Assembly: GCA_951406725.2 (NCBI GenBank)
Contig: OX597820.1
Coordinates: 49,414,001-49,478,000 of the forward strand
Length of the DNA: 64,000 bases
DNA from: Octopus vulgaris
Lineage: Eukaryota
Direction of reading: 5' to 3'
In this document: positions 1-12,965 of the stretch, piece by piece
Layout: every line of letters starts with the position of its first letter
How positions within the stretch are numbered: the stretch's first letter is position 1
Notes under the pieces: model-generated
Told to the model about the DNA's origin: nothing
The model's database searches: none
The model's input: the letters and a program-made list of their open reading frames with translations, nothing else
Translations under genes and position numbers: made by a program

Positions 1-515
1 CTCACTGTTAGATTCGTAACCGTTACATCACACTTTGAAGGCTATGCATTTCCAAGAACAGGAGATTGCTACAAAATACCTAAAAAACAAAAGAAACAGT
101 GACGACCATGCGGCTCCAAGGTGCAACCGAAAATGTAGGTAATGACATATTCCTTTGGAATGCACCACATGTGACTAGCAGCTGCCCAAAAATACCACCA
201 AAAATGCCACCTTCTTATGTAGCATGACGTTGTAAAAACAATATACAATGCCACCCAGAAAACAGACTGTCCTGGAATACATATAGAGAATGCCACTTCT
301 AATGAATACGTACCCAAATATCAACACAATTAATACTGGTTGAACATTCCCTTTAAAACATCTGTCAAGCGTAAACATAACTGGCTGGGTATTGTTGTTT
401 GGGACAGACAATGAAATGCATGAACCTCATAGAGGTCAGTTGTCCTACTAATGTGAATATCTCTTAGGAAATCAAAGAAAAAGAAGTTAACTATGGACAA
501 CCACTATCTGTATTC
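1..515 (+). mobile_element. Decayed R4/Dong-like non-LTR retrotransposon 3' fragment (restriction-like endonuclease region)
   Basis: Hand translation gives EGYAF..QEQEIATKYL, then YWLNIPFKTSVKRKHNWLGIVVWDR..EVSCPTNVNIS*EIKEKEVNYG. This matches the RLE pattern W-N-P-T...HNRPDIVV...IEV.CP...K..KY. Stops and frameshifts are present. Confidence 0.75.
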
Positions 516-1189
516 AGATAATAATTGATACACTTAGTTTTTAAGCTAGAGTTTTCGGGAAAAAAAACATAAACCGACCAAATCGCACATTACAAATACA
601 ATGTGTGACATTCTTTTTGTTATCAGCATTCGAATCCATGGAGCCTTGTATTTTTGATACAAAGGAAGGATCTAAATAATTACAGACAGAAGAGAAAATT
701 TGTTCCAGTTCTTTACGGTCTGATTTCCAATCTCGCTAACATCAACGTAGCTATTCATCACTCAAGAGTTGATAAAATTATGTTCTCTCAAATACATAGA
801 TCAATGTATCGACCAATACGCGCCCCTAAAATTGCGGTCTCTTTCCAAAATTTAAAACATTTATAGTATTTTTTTAAAGTTCTTCTTGAATATTTTGTTG
901 TGTGCAACAACAGAAAGCTCCGTGGGCTTTCCCTGCAATATGTTGTCTTAATCTTGCATTTTCTACTCTATTAACCGTACTCTACGTAAAATATATGCAA
1001 TGTTTAACGTTGCTATTTCTGTTGAGTTGAGTACATTAGTAAATACTAAGTATCTCGCGTTTAAATGCTAAATATATTTATATGACCACCAACAGTGTTT
1101 GCATTGAAGTCCAGTCTCAATGTTACAGAGATGGGAAACAATTCTAATGTATAAAATGTTGAAGAAAGTAAGTGAGAACTTAATCCGAG

Positions 1190-1874
1190 CAGAAGAGTAA
1201 TGAGAAATTTTTCAATCAAGAATATTGAGAAACAAGTTTATTAGGCTGCTTGTAGAATGTTAGATGAAAGAGATAAAAAAAGCTGTGTATGTAGTCTCTG
1301 TGTGAAAGATGTTTGATTAAAAGTTCATAAGAATTGCAGACATGACAGCGTTGTTACAATCTTACATTGGCGATTTGGTAGAAGTTTAAGTAATGAATAT
1401 AAAGTGCGGAAAAGTGTTCTAGAGCAGAATATGTTATTGAACACGACCATAGAAATGTACAATAGAATATGAAGATACAAGATGAGTGGCAAATGGAGCA
1501 TTTATGCCCAGACTTAGTTATATCTAATAAAAAGAAGTGTGTCGCTTAAATGCTGTTGAATGCCTTTTTGATATTAGAGTGATAGGACTTGAGAAAATAA
1601 AACACGAGAAATTTTTAAAATACCAGGACATAAAACACGAAATTACAAGTATCTGAAAGTGCCACGAAGTTGTTATTTCAGATGTAATAGCACCCTTAGG
1701 AGCAGCGACAGGAAGTTTAAATGGATGCTTAAAACGTTGGATAAGGAGGTGAATTTCCTGACTTGTTTGTATGGTACAGCATGTGCTAGAGACCTAAGGC
1801 TATGGGATGCAGCCTTATAAATAGCAATCCAATAGCGGTACTGCAGTAACAATAACCTGCATGAAAAGTACAGC

Positions 1875-1875
<1 letters not shown>
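1190..1875 (+). mobile_element. Highly decayed R4/Dong-like RLE LINE 3' fragment ending in a (TAA)n tail
   Basis: RHDSVVTILHW, EHLCPDLVI and KYQDIKHEI motifs, followed directly by the (AAT)n array at about 1875-2085. Confidence 0.65.
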
Positions 1876-2085
<210 letters not shown>

Positions 2086-2250
2086 GTTTCAAATTTTGGC
2101 ACAGGGCTATGATATCGACACCAGTATTTGACTGGTACATATTTTATCGACCCCGAAATGATGAAAGGTAAAATCGACCTGATCGTAATTTCAGCTCAGT
2201 ACGTAAAGACGGACGAGATATAGCTAAGCATTTTTGTCAGGCATGCTAAC
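2086..2250 (-). mobile_element. tRNA-derived SINE family B (Deu/Nin-like core), partial copy
   Basis: Matches the copies at 21570-21925 and 53715-54100. The family core on the minus strand is GTCGACTTTGCCTTTCATCCTTTCGGGGTCGATAAA..AGTACCAG. Confidence 0.7.
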
Positions 2251-2252
2251 AA

Positions 2253-2390
<138 letters not shown>

Positions 2391-3227
2391 TCTGTTTGAC
2401 TTTTGCTTTATGTTTGTACAAGTTGGCTCCAAGTCTCACCCAGAGACCTCAAGAGACAACAGGTTGGAAGTTCACGTTGTTGTTATGCCTAGTGTGCCAT
2501 ATATTTTTTTTGGGGTGGGGGGTTGTACTAGTGAATGTCTAATAAATAAATTTTTTTTAATGTTTGTTTTAAACCTTGAGAGTACGTAGAGATTATTTTG
2601 CGTAGGATTTGAGCAGTTTCCACGAGCACTATCTTTTGAATTTCTGCCATTTTGGGGTTTCCTGGTATCTGAGTTAGGTAGCAATCAGCCAATTTCGCTA
2701 TCATTCCCAATGACAACAGGTATTGTTTTAGTCTTCAGGTTCCACATTTTGCTGATTTCTATTTCAAGATCTTTATATTTGCTCAGTTTTTAGTAGGTCT
2801 TGGCAGATACGTTTATATCGATTGGGACAGTCATATCAATGAGGACGCATGTTCCTTGTCTGAAGTCTTTCAATATGACGTCTGGCCTATTTGCATCTAT
2901 CTTTCTGTCAGTTTGAATGGTGAAGTTCCAGAGGAGTGAGATGTGGTCATTTTCAAGCACTGGAGGTGGTTTGTGTTCCCACCAGATTTTTTTTATGGGG
3001 CAAATCCAGGTTTTTGCAAATTACCTAGTGAATATATTGTGCAGCTCTATCATGCCTGTTGAGGTACTCTGTAGGCGCTAGAAGACTGCACTTGGAGACA
3101 ACATGATCAATGGTTTCATTTTGTTGTTGACATACACGACATGTTGGGCTACTGCCGTTCTTTAATATGTTGGCCTGGTAGTTTCTTGTTGGTAGGCATT
3201 GATCTTGAGCTGCTATGATAAACCCTT
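2391..3227 (-). mobile_element. 5'-truncated R4/Dong-clade LINE (CCHC zinc knuckle, RLE endonuclease, 3' UTR) inside a (TAA)n array
   Basis: Minus strand reads GFIIAAQDQCLPTRNYQANILKNGSSPTCRVCQQQNETIDHVVSKCSLLAPTEYLNRHDRAAQYIH*, then WWEHKPPPVLENDHISLLWNFTIQTDRKIDANRPDVILKDFRQGTCVLIDMTVPIDINVSAKTY*KLSKYKDLEIEISKMWNLKTKTIPVVIG. (TTA)n flanks both sides. Confidence 0.92.
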
Positions 3228-3240
3228 ATTATTATTATTA

Positions 3241-3292
<52 letters not shown>
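3228..3292. repeat. (TTA)n microsatellite
   Basis: Direct reading of the sequence. Confidence 0.95.
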
Positions 3293-3293
<1 letters not shown>

Positions 3294-3430
3294 TCAAAAT
3301 TTTGCCACAAGGCCGGTTGAAGGGAGTTAGGGATGAATCGATTTCATGGACCCCAGTGTTCAGCGGGTACTATTTTATCGACTCCGGAAGGATGAAAGGC
3401 AAAGTCGACCTCGGCGGAATTTGAACTCAA
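3293..3430 (-). mobile_element. SINE family B, 3' part
   Basis: Contains TACTATTTTATCGACTCCGGAAGGATGAAAGGCAAAGTCGACCTCGGCGGAATTTGAACTCA, shared with the other family B copies. Confidence 0.8.
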
Positions 3431-5108
3431 TTCATAGAGTTGGCGATACGTCTTGGATAACGCATCATACGAGCAATTTTACTCATGCACGATAATTTCT
3501 GCAAAGAATGTGTTTTGAGTACTCAGTTATTTAGTCGAAACGTTGGTTATGCACTTGATGATATTTTAACTTATATTTCCGAATGTTACCCAACTTCCTG
3601 ATTTGTATTATCTTCCTTGATTATATTTTAATTCAATCTTGACATTCAATTATGAAAACATTCAAAGTACGGAAATATGAAAATAATTACATACTCAATA
3701 TGTCTTCGATATCCTTCCGTATTGAATGTTTGATGACTGTAAATCGATGCCAGTCTTTGCCAGTCGTATCGAAGATCTAATGATAGTTATAATTTTTAAA
3801 ATGATGATATACTTATGCAATATCGTTTGCAAAACACTGGAAAAATTGTATGTAGTTACAATGACTCTTAAGTTCATTTATATCAATATTCACAGTAAAA
3901 CTACAGATCCTTAAAATAACATAAAGCAAAACTCAAGGAACTCCTTTTTATTCTCTCAGATTCTCTTTCCTTGTTTGCGAGCCAAAGCAGTGTGATAAAC
4001 ATCTCATCTATCCACTAGCCGTTATTCCTCATTTGTTGTTTAACTTTTTCCTACGTTACAGCAAAGAAGAGTGCTAATATGTGGAATATTTATTGTTAAG
4101 ATGTTAGATTGCAACTATATACGGTAGCATTAGTTCTCTAGTACAAGATAAAATACAACCTATAATAGATTCGTTTTCGTCCACCTAGGAATTCTTAATT
4201 CTCTCTCTTCCGAATGTTCTTGTGGTAGTGATATTACTGAGGATGCTGGAATCGTTGAGGTGCGTTTCGGCTGGCTGGGACACATAAGGGACGTATTTAC
4301 AAACACGAAGGACGTCACAGTCATCGTATTGCACCTTTCACAAATGGAGTTGATCAGAGATCAACTCGGTGGCCTTGTAAATCAGCAACTAGAGAAGCAG
4401 ATTCTGACTGGACTGTCTATAATCACCGACCTGCAAATTAGTGATTCTAAACAATTTCTAAACATTCCTGAGTTACAGTGTAGAGAGATTTTCCTTCCAA
4501 TATAGTCAAAAATTATGCCCGTTTTGGAACCGCCAGCAGTCAAACATGGTCCAGAAGCGCGTAGGATAACGGAAAAAGTCTGAAACGCACTCACAGTGGG
4601 CTTGTATTTCTGATTTGTGAGTTTATGTCAATGAGCTTAACGAGAAGAACAAATAACACTTTTTCACTAAGTAGAATGGGTTGTCTTCCTCTGACTTGTC
4701 ATATGATAAAAGACGTTTTGATGGACATAGAATGTCCGAGAAGAAAGCATTTCCTCTCAGCTACTTCATAGGAGGTTTTCCAGCTATTAAATTCTATGAA
4801 AAATGAGTGGGCGAAATTAGCCGGTTTAAAAAGATTAACACATACTGTGGGAGGCGTGTATATAGTAACCCAGGTGCACCACTCGCTCACACACTTACAG
4901 TAATAATACGCACACAAGCACATACATATATTACTTTTCACGTAAGGTTTTCGATTACACGGTTTGCTGAAACACTGTGACTATGATGTAAGAAAAATGG
5001 ATATTTTTATAGACACGAATGTCTGTGTTTCATACTGAATTGTTTTATACATGTTAACTACAAAGATCGACATACAGCAGAACCTGCATATCTCTGTTTG
5101 CGCCCCAC

Positions 5109-5150
<42 letters not shown>

Positions 5151-5152
<2 letters not shown>

Positions 5153-5306
5153 CGCAGCTCAAAGGCACAAGCGTGGCACCTTGGGCAAGTGTCTTCCACT
5201 ATAGCCTCGGGCTGACCAAAGCCTTGTGAGTGGATTTGGCAGACAGAAACTGAAAGAAGGCCGTTGTATGTATGTACGTATGTATGTATGTATGTATGTA
5301 TGTATG

Positions 5307-5348
<42 letters not shown>

Positions 5349-5597
5349 ATCATATATATATATATGTAGATATATGATTGTGTTTCTGTGTTTGTTCCCC
5401 CATCATCGCTTGACAACCGATTTTGGCGTGTTTAAGTCCCCGTAATTTAGCAGTTCGGCCAAAGGGACTGATCGAATAAGTATTAGGCTAACAAAGAATA
5501 AGCACTGGGGGTCGATTTGTTCGACTAAAGGCGGTGCCCCAGCATTACCGCAGTCGAATGACTGAAACAAATAAAAGAATAAAAGAATAAAAAGAAC
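5151..5597 (+). mobile_element. tRNA-derived SINE family A (CORE-like, octopus OR2-like) with internal microsatellite
   Basis: GGCACCTTGGGCAAGTGTCTT...GAAACTGAAAGAAG, internal (TATG)n/(TA)n, and 3' end GCAGTCGAATGACTGAAACAAATAAAAGAATAAAAG. About ten copies or fragments occur in the window. Confidence 0.85.
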
Positions 5598-6489
5598 ATA
5601 TAGAGAGAGGTATATAGACAGATATACATACATACATTCACACATACGTGTGTGCGTGTGTGTATGCAAATATATATGATGTATGTATATATATATATGA
5701 ATATATGTCTATCAGTATGTATACATTAGTATTGATTTATACAGCTCCGCCTTTATTACTAGACACAAAAATAAAACAATTGGCCTTTTGCCTAGCGGAT
5801 AAGAACTAAAAAATATCTTCTTGTTTTACTTCGGTACACAATAATATTACAATGGAAGATATGTAAGAGAACATCAAATATACTTTATAGAATTTACATA
5901 GGCTTTGTTTTTCAAATGCATCTGGTTTGTTCCAATGTTTTTATTTTCTACCATTATATAAGCACATAAAATTTTATCGAATTTATACGCACACACTTTA
6001 TATGAGTGCGTGTGTGTAATACTGTAATATATACGTACATATAAATGTGAGCTATATATACATATGTGTGTGAATGTTTGTGTGTGTGTTACGAGAATAC
6101 CCTCATTTAAGTGTTGATAGAATGTCAATACAGAGTAATAAAATTAAATGATGTAACTAACTTTCAGCACCGAGTCATCTCTAATCAAGCAGTCGTATGA
6201 TCAAAGCTTTCCCGCCATGACAATCCCATCTTATTTTCATACAATATACGTTGTTACATTGCCAGTTATGCCCTATGGTTTTTAATGTTTTTTTTTTGTC
6301 TTTTGTTTTTAGTTCAAAATATGGTAAATTCTAAAGAGTGGCAACTTCTAGAAAGTCTATCTACCAAGCAATCATCTCTTTTCTAAAAATCGTTGTTCTT
6401 TTATTCTAGAACAAACTAGTAATCAAACCAATAATCAACGATGATGCATATAAACATATATACGTACATATATGCACAAAAACACGCAC

Positions 6490-6535
<46 letters not shown>

Positions 6536-6736
6536 GACGTGTGAATCTGTGTGCTTGTGAGAAAAACGAGAGTCACCCAAAGCTTCAGATTATGCCTACA
6601 GATTGCAATAAGCTTCTGGAGCACCTTTAAACAGATAGATAGTTACATATCGATATATCACACATAGATATATATATGTCTCAGTTTACACACGCATATC
6701 CACACATACACACGCACCTCTCTCTGTCTCTTTCTC

Positions 6737-6789
<53 letters not shown>

Positions 6790-6794
<5 letters not shown>

Positions 6795-6975
6795 CCGTGA
6801 TCACCGTGAACTACCAGGCTATCAGATGTTGGTACACAATGCTGGTCACAATGCGCTTTGCTTTGTTTTAGCCTTCAAATGACGCCAACGCGCTGGGTAA
6901 GCGAGCAGGCCAACAGAAGAAAGAGTGAGAGAAAGCTGTGGCAAAACAGTACATCAGGGTTCGCCACCATACCTA
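6790..6975 (-). mobile_element. SINE fragment sharing its core with family C but carrying a different 3' tail
   Basis: GAAGAAAGAGTGAGAGAAAGCTGTGGCAAAACAGTACATCAGGGTTCGCC aligns with about 26137-26187. The remainder is unrelated to family C. Confidence 0.6.
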
Positions 6976-7077
6976 CTAGAATTCAAACTGTAATTACTGC
7001 CAAACGCGGTCTAACCCGATATTAAAATAGATTTGTTTGAAGTTTTAAGGCATTTCGATTATTTTGTCCAACCCCTG

Positions 7078-7080
<3 letters not shown>
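6976..7080. mobile_element. Possible Tc1-type terminal fragment
   Basis: Ends ATTATTTTGTCCAACCCCTG-TA (reverse complement TA-CAGGGGTTGGACAAAATAAT), a typical Tc1 TIR start. No partner end was seen. Confidence 0.4.
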
Positions 7081-7135
<55 letters not shown>

Positions 7136-7457
7136 AAAGGGGCACTCCGTCGGTCATAACGACATGCATCCCAGCTGATACGACCAACGAAACAGCTTGC
7201 TCGTGAAATTAACGTGCAAATAGCTGAGCACTCCACAGACACATATATCCTTAACGTAGTTCGCAGCGAGATTCAGTGTGACACAGAGTGTGACAAGGCT
7301 AGCTTTTTGGAATATGAGTACTACTCATTTTTGCCGGCTGAGTGGCTGGAGCAACGTGGAATAAAGTGTTTTGCTCAAGGACATAATGCGTCGCCGGGAA
7401 TTGTACTCACGACTTTACGATCGTGATCCGAATGCCCTAACTACTAAGCCACGCGCC
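7136..7457 (-). mobile_element. tRNA-derived SINE family D
   Basis: Minus strand has head GGCGCGTGGCTTAGTAGTTAGG (A box) and GTGAGTACAATTCCC (B-box-like), then TGTCCTTGAGCAAAACACTTTA (CORE-like) and CCACTCAGCCGGCAAAAATGAGTA. Decayed relatives lie near 11240-11410 and 20320-20495. Confidence 0.75.
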
Positions 7458-7676
7458 CTCTCTCTCTCACACACACACACACACGTACACACACATACAC
7501 ACACACTCACACATATGTAATAATTGATAGGGAAGACACAGGGTTACTGTAAGCTTTATTTAGCACGGCGATCGTTTCGGTTTGTATCTGCACTGCTCAC
7601 TTGTGGATTGAGAAACGATATAATGGAATGGAATGTACATCACAATGCAGAAAAAATCTCATGAGGTTACATAACC

Positions 7677-7718
<42 letters not shown>

Positions 7719-7719
<1 letters not shown>

Positions 7720-7892
7720 TTTATTTAAAGCAGCAGAAAATTCAACAAAACCTGTTACTCTGAGTTTCCCGTTGCCGTTCATCGGACAGTTTTGTTGAAT
7801 TTTCTGCTGCTTTAAATAAAGCATATTACTCTACCACTGGTATTTGAGTACCCTTTTTTCCACCTTGTTTCACATTTATGTGTTTACTCCGG
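7719..7892. mobile_element. Non-autonomous Penelope-like pLTR element with inverted arms, inserted in (TA)n
   Basis: Inverted repeat 7719-7755 / 7786-7821. Segment 7786-7892 is homologous to the reverse complement of 40018-40126. Carries a hammerhead motif. Confidence 0.75.
7746..7794 (-). ncRNA. Minimal type I hammerhead ribozyme-like motif
   Basis: Minus strand: AAAACTGT-CCGATGA-ACG GCAA CGG-GAA-ACTCAGAGT-A^ACAGGTTTT, read as stem I, core, stem II with GNRA loop, palindromic stem III and GUA cleavage triplet. Confidence 0.72.
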
Positions 7893-7969
<77 letters not shown>

Positions 7970-8831
7970 ATATGAGAATCTAGTATGGTTTAAAATTTGA
8001 GATTTATGAGAACACGGCATACGTGGGAATGTCATATATATATATATGAGAATATGGTTTACTCGAGAAGACGGCAGGTGAGAGAATGTGATATACGCAA
8101 GAATGAGGTGTTTTTGAGAATGTGGTATAAATAACAATGTGGTAAGTGATAATGTAGTATTGTTGAAGATGTGGTGTGTATGTGTGTATATGGAAAAGGA
8201 ATATATAGTAATGTATATGCAGAAGGCAGTTGAAAAAGATGGAGTTTTATCAAAAGACCACGTTCAAAACGCTTTTTTCGGGTTTACAATTTGATTAGTT
8301 TCAGTGGTTTCATTAATGGAAAACCCTGCTTCAAACGACAACAGTTCATAGGTTCTAGTTGAGTCTGCATAGCATGTAGTGATAGATTTTTTTGTTGCTG
8401 TTGTTATTGTTGTTTTTATATTGCAAATGTAATAAAACAGAAACAAAAATGAAAGCAGGTGGCAAAGGAAAAAAAAAACTTAGGGACACAGTGATACGGG
8501 GGTAGTGGTGAAAGAAATAGAGAGGAAAAGAACAGAAAAAATAGGGAGGAAAAGGAACGATGATGAAAGAAAAAAAAAAAATTCGAAACAGAAAGCAACA
8601 TGTATGAAAAACAAATGTAAAAGTGATGATGAAATAAGAAGAAGTAAAAGATAATGAAATTAAGGAAGAGAACAGAGGGAAAGAAATTTAAGGGGACTTG
8701 ATAAAACATCATAGAAAAGTGTTGTATAATGTAGGTATAGAGATAGACGAAACGAGAATATGATAGGGAAATACAACTGGAGGAAGGCAGGTGAGCCGAA
8801 TCCAAGAAAGAAATATTAGAAGAAAGATGGA

Positions 8832-8887
<56 letters not shown>

Positions 8888-9630
8888 TGATGATGATGAC
8901 AACTAACGCAATTTTATTTGCCACAAGGGCGACATATATGACGATATTACAGAGTGAGGGGTTTTTATAGAGATGATAACAATTATTATTGCTATCTCTT
9001 AGCAAGAACAACAACAATAGCAGTAATAATGATGATAATAAATGATGATAATAATAACAACAACAACAACAACAACAAATGACTGGACGGTATGAATCTG
9101 AAATCTAAATAAAAAGTTTTGATATTTTACTTCTCGATACATTAACTTGTCCTAGCTTTTCTTTTCCTTGGAGAGACTACATTAGTATCTACATATTCAC
9201 TGACTCGTCACCATTCCTCTTTCTCTCCCCTCTCTCTCTCTCTCTCACTCTCTATCTCTCCCTCTCACTGTTTCGTTTTCTTCCCAAATCTCTGTGTCCA
9301 TCGTTATCACTCTGTCGCTATGCGTATGCTTACAAAATACCGCTGTTGGCTTTCATTAGCTGTCGAAGACTTCAAAGAAACTCTCATGCACCTGTCTATA
9401 TGTGCTTCTAATCTGAAGTATATCAAATAAGAAATTTATCGAAGAAAATAAAACCGATGAAGTTGTATGTAAATCATACACATACACACAGAAAAATATG
9501 TATGTGAAAATATACACACATACAAACATACATACACGTGTGTGTATGTATGTGTGTGTGTATACACATGCATATATTCATGCCAACACACTTTATATAA
9601 GTATGTATATATGTATGCACATGTGCATTC

Positions 9631-9669
<39 letters not shown>

Positions 9670-9970
9670 CAAATAGATAGCAATCAACTAAGAAAAAAAT
9701 CGATGATTCTTTCAATGGAATATGGAGAAAAACATATATTCGCACGCAGGTATATGTATACACGTCAATAGACGCACAAACACACACATACGTATGTATA
9801 CATAGGTATATTCTGAAGACGCAAATGAGTATACATCCCGATGTACTTATCCATTTTTATTGCAGAGAAGGTATGCATAATATTGAAATACAGTGCTGTT
9901 GCTAACGCATCAAATTTCGAAATTTCGAAGAACGTGCACTTCATATAAATACTCCCACATACATACATAC

Positions 9971-10037
<67 letters not shown>

Positions 10038-10082
10038 CATGTATATATATATATGAATTATACATGCATACATACATATATA

Positions 10083-10153
<71 letters not shown>

Positions 10154-10849
10154 ATATTCAAATTTAGTTATGCATATAGTACATTGATCCAATATGACCA
10201 CACCTTTTGTGCTGAAACATATAATGAAAATAAAAGAAATAAAAGTGTGTGCATGCGCGTGTACCCATACACACACGCGCGAACACCCCCGCATATTTTG
10301 AAAATAGATTGGCATATGCGAGCTCACAAGCTTAGAGAGGGAAAATGCGGAAATAATGTAAAAAAATTTTGAATATAGACATATATCATTCTTATCTTAC
10401 AGTGATGAAGCCATATTTAAATATTAATTCTTAATACACTACAAGCTTAAATATGCACTGCCTTGTCTGTGAATCTCTGAAATTTTTACCTATATCTTTC
10501 AGACATCTGTCTGTTCCACATTTGTGTGTGTATGCATATGTTGTATTGTATGTATATGAGTATACATGTGTTGTATTGCATGAATATGGGTGCGTGTGTC
10601 GGTGGAATGTAACAGGTAATTTTGTTGGGAAAATAAAAGATGTCGGATTGGTTTAGTCCCGGTTTTGCAATATCTAGCCGAATGTACAAATTAGCCATGA
10701 TTTCGTTAATTCTTGTCGATGTCAGTCCGTGCCCCATATTGACTACCTGTATAGTTAAAATGACCTAGTACACCACAACTCAATAAGCATGCAAAGTACT
10801 GTCCATTTCATGTGGTTGGTCAAATTCCGTTGGATTGGTAAGCGCAATA

Positions 10850-11010
10850 TTTGTACATGATTTTGACCATCTGAGTTCGAGTTCCGCCGAAGTCGACTTT
10901 ACGTTCATCCTTCTATAATCGATAAAATAAAGTATCAGTGAAGTACTCAGTTTTATTTAATGGATTAATCCCTCGTCCTCAACTACCCAAACTTGTGCTT
11001 ATCTTAAAAG
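10850..11010 (+). mobile_element. Decayed SINE family B copy
   Basis: CTGAGTTCGAGTTCCGCCGAAGTCGACTTTACGTTCATCCTTCTATAATCGATAAAATAAAGTATCAG. Confidence 0.65.
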
Positions 11011-11034
11011 TAATGTATATATTTTCTTTCGCAG

Positions 11035-11095
11035 CTCCCAAATAAGCTACGGTCGAAAATGTGCCGGATTTTGGCCTTCTTGCTCTTTGGCCGAT
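11035..11095 (+). other. Candidate 61-nt spliced exon (ATG at 11059: MCRILAFLLFGR)
   Basis: Acceptor ATTTTCTTTCGCAG| and donor |GTAAGT bound a non-repetitive segment with an open frame. No transcript evidence. Confidence 0.45.
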
Positions 11096-11553
11096 GTAAG
11101 TGGACTTGATTATGTTATAAGCATTCAAACCAAATCTTAGACTTAAGAATAACTTAAACTATAATGCAGTATGGGTGATGTGAATCAATCTCTGACTGAA
11201 CGTAACATCTAGAACATGGTATAAGGAAGAAGAAAGATTTGTACCACAAGTTGGCTGGTAGTAATTGTTTGCTGAATTGAGTAGAACGCCGTGAAATTGG
11301 TGCCTTGCTCAAAAAGACAACATGCCCAAGAAGCGACTCAGCCCACGAATCAAACCCATTATGTTATAACTGTGATTCCAACATCCTAACCATTCAGCCA
11401 CAAGGCTTGAATATACTGGCATATGAATCTAACTATTGAATACGTATGATGTTTTTATATTCTCAATGAATGTAAACGCAATAACTGTACAATACTTTGG
11501 CTAACAGAAGACTTCGGACATTAAAATGTTGAGATAATTGTATTTGTTTTCAG

Positions 11554-11707
11554 TGCTGAGAAAGGAATATTATTCTAAGATGAGATATAGAAGATCTATC
11601 CTGAAATATATGGATTTTTTAAAATTATTAACTCGGACGTAGTTAGAGGAGCGTCTTCATCCATAAACTTCTCTGATCTCCACAGGCTTGGGAAGTCAAT
11701 ATGAAAA
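11554..11707 (+). other. Candidate 154-nt exon
   Basis: Acceptor TATTTGTTTTCAG| and donor |GTAAGG. Confidence 0.3.
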
Positions 11708-12739
11708 GTAAGGTTATTATAGTGTAATGTTCAATTTGTTTCGTCAAGGGTGAGAAAACATGAAGCGGGAGAAGAATTCTAAACAAATTTGGTTCTGAGA
11801 TAGGAAAAGGAAAAAAGAAAGCAAATGAAATTCTAAAATGTATTGGGATAAGAAAGAAGGTGGTAGTGAAGCTAAGGGAAGAGCTGTGTCATCGCTGTAG
11901 AGAAACAATGGCATCGTGATATATGGGCCATAACATGTGTCACAGGACACCCATTTATCTCAGATTGTTTCGGCAGATCGAAATACAATATTTTAAGGAG
12001 TTTGTTTATATTCCTTAATGTAATGAGAATGGCCAATTCTCTTAGACATTACCAATCATTTTATGTTTCTCTGGTGAATATGGATATCTCTGTGATGTTG
12101 ATGAGGCCAATTTTCAATTTGTAAATCTTACCATTTAGATTGGCGTGGGAATTGGGACAATAAGCAGCTTATTTCCTTACAGTTTATTATTTTAACACTC
12201 TTCCATTTCGAGTTCAATTCTAACTAGTATCAGTTTTACATTTCATCTCATGACTCTCGATAAATTAACAAAAACTAAGAGCTTTTCAGTGACACTTCAG
12301 GTGTCCTTGTGGTGGCCTTTGAATTAGCAGAATCATTAGAGTATCCGTCAAAGGCTTCTGCAGTATTTTATTCCTACTTTTTACATTCGGTATTCAATTC
12401 ACGTCGAGGCCAACTATGCATTTTCGTTCTGAGTAATTAATGGTTGCATGAGTCATTGGGTCAATTTAATTGACAAATCCAGAATTGGTATCCCAGGCTT
12501 TAATTTTCTACCTATTTTATCTCCTGTGTCATGCATGAATTTTGTCATAAGTTGCAGCAATTGGTTCATAAACGTCTTGTACTGCAAAAAGGTAAAACCA
12601 AAGGAAGAAAAATAGAAAAAGGTGCAAAAATGTAATACAATGGAATAGAATGATGATATGATGTTATCTCCGTTCGCACAAATACCACCAGGCGATGAGA
12701 GTTCTTCAAAAGGTACGATTTTGAGCCCAACTGTTACTA

Positions 12740-12950
12740 GGTAACACCCGACTCAGTTAAGTTTTCCTGCACTGTCCTTTGGCACATCTTTAGTAGCCTG
12801 CTTCAATTTCTCTTTTATGTTTCAACTATCCATTCGATGGCGGCCCTTGCTAAGCTCTCCATCAATGAGTGCAATACATGGCTAAGAAGTGATGGCATCT
12901 TAGAGTTAACTTTGGCCAACTCATCACACTATGTGATGTAGCCGCGCTAA
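12740..12950 (-). mobile_element. Possible decayed RTE LINE 3' remnant
   Basis: Minus strand PCIALIDGELSKGRHR resembles the RTE C-terminal P..LLYGEL..G.R motif. Confidence 0.4.
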
Positions 12951-12965
12951 GTGTAATAGTATCTT

